Positions 62,714 to 64,000 of a stretch of 64,000 nt of DNA are shown piece after piece. Made by a program: the position numbers and the translations under genes. The DNA is from Octopus sinensis (Eukaryota). Position 1 is the first letter of the stretch; each line of letters begins with the position of its first letter. The stretch covers positions 137,826,001-137,890,000 of the forward strand of contig NC_042998.1 in NCBI RefSeq assembly GCF_006345805.1. Direction: 5' to 3'. Below the pieces are notes generated by a model that searched no databases, was not told the DNA's origin, and saw only the letters and a list, made by a program, of their open reading frames with translations.

Positions 62714-63879
62714 TTACTGACTCTACGGTGCATATGCAATCCTGAACAGGAAACTTGGATTTACCTAGTGAGAAAAGTTACCAGAGCCTAACAATTTATT
62801 GTTAGCTTGATAAGATCACACAGCAAAAATAGTCAAACATGGCTTAAATATTGGTTTCAGATTTTGGCACAAGGCCAGCAATTTCAGAGGAGGTGGCAGA
62901 TTGATTACATCGAGCTCAGTGTTCAACTGGACTTATTTTATCACCTCAAAAGGATGAAAGGCAAATTGCATCTCAGCAGAATTTGAACTCAGAATGTACA
63001 GATAGGTGAAATGGTGCTTAGCATTTAACATGATGTGCTAATGATTTTACCAGCTTGCTGCCCTAAGCACTGCTTAAATATTAATTTGAAGAAAATATTT
63101 GATCAGTTACAGTAGCTGGTTAAATGTCTGACTGAAACCAGTATTTAAGCCATGTTTGAATATTTTTGCTGTGTGATCTCTTAAATAGCACTGGGTAAAC
63201 TGCAATATTAATGTTACAGTACTATTTGTGCTCTATCATTTCTAGTTTCTTTCAGTATTCAATTTTTAATGTTTGTTCCTTCAGTAGTTCTTTTAAAGAA
63301 ATGGTATAATATATTTGAAGAGGTTTTAGTATTTATGGAACAAAATAACTCAAGTATAGTAGAGCAGCAATAAATTTCAGCCAGCCTAATTTTGGCATGG
63401 AGATTCATTTCTTGATCGAATCATTTCTAAAAATGATTGATGTGGAGAAATCTTAGAATGCTGAACTAAATACTTTTCAGAATTTAGGTTAATCCTTTAT
63501 ATTCTGAGTTCAAAATCATGCTGGGGATCAACTTCCTTTCTAAGTATGAACCATTCATCAAGTTTCATTCAACCAATTAGGATTTGTGGCCTTGTACTAA
63601 CCAGTATCAGGAAACATTGATATAATTGGATCAAATAGGATTAAAATGTTCTGGAGTCATTAAGTCTGTTTACATTTTCCTTCTACTTATCATTTCCACA
63701 TGATTGATTTTGACTGTGGTGTTCTGTAGAGATATTTTAGTTGAAGATGTCAATCAACTTGACACTTTGGCACTCTGCCATCTGGCCATTACTGTTTCAT
63801 ATTATACACAGTTAGGTAATTTATTCTTGCTTACAGGTGAAAAATAGGTTTGGAATAGCATCTCCTCACACCATAGTTA

Positions 63880-64000
63880 CACCACCACTGCCACTGCCGC
63901 CACCGCCACTGCCACCACCACCACCACCACCACCACCACCTCTTCTTCTTCTTCTTCTTCTTCTTCTTCTTCTTCTTCTTCTTCTTCTTCTTCTTCTTCT
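63880..64000. repeat. Compound (CAC/GCC)n-(TCT)n trinucleotide microsatellite
   Basis: Direct reading; runs off the window end. Confidence 0.95.

Overview
AT-rich, repeat-dense animal genomic DNA. The dispersed tRNA-SINE and RTE-LINE families and the (TA)n/(ATT)n/(CAT)n microsatellites suggest a coleoid cephalopod such as Octopus; this is an inference, not a lookup. Four host genes are supported by manual exon assembly. (1) The last two coding exons of STRAP (+). (2) A complete 5-exon NDUFB8 (-, 196 aa), convergent with STRAP. (3) An intact single-exon SNW1/SKIP (-, 537 aa). (4) The first two coding exons of a SAM-domain kinesin-13, KIF24 (+); its 5' UTR exon is not identified and may lie head-to-head with SNW1 about 23 kb upstream. 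The rest is mostly transposon-derived: three mariner derivatives, several RTE-clade LINE fragments (one young, with a TSD), an R4/Dong-type fragment embedded in (TAA)n, many SINEs, several MITE/foldback palindromes and Penelope-like ends. I found no clearly new multi-gene system. The most interesting items are a minimal hammerhead-ribozyme motif in a TA-flanked unit, a probable SNW1/KIF24 bidirectional promoter with an RFX X-box-like motif, a nest of TAA-associated retroelements abutting the KIF24 splice acceptor, and a dense set of long palindromes in the probable KIF24 pre-mRNA. Repeat boundaries were read by eye and are approximate unless a TIR or TSD is quoted.
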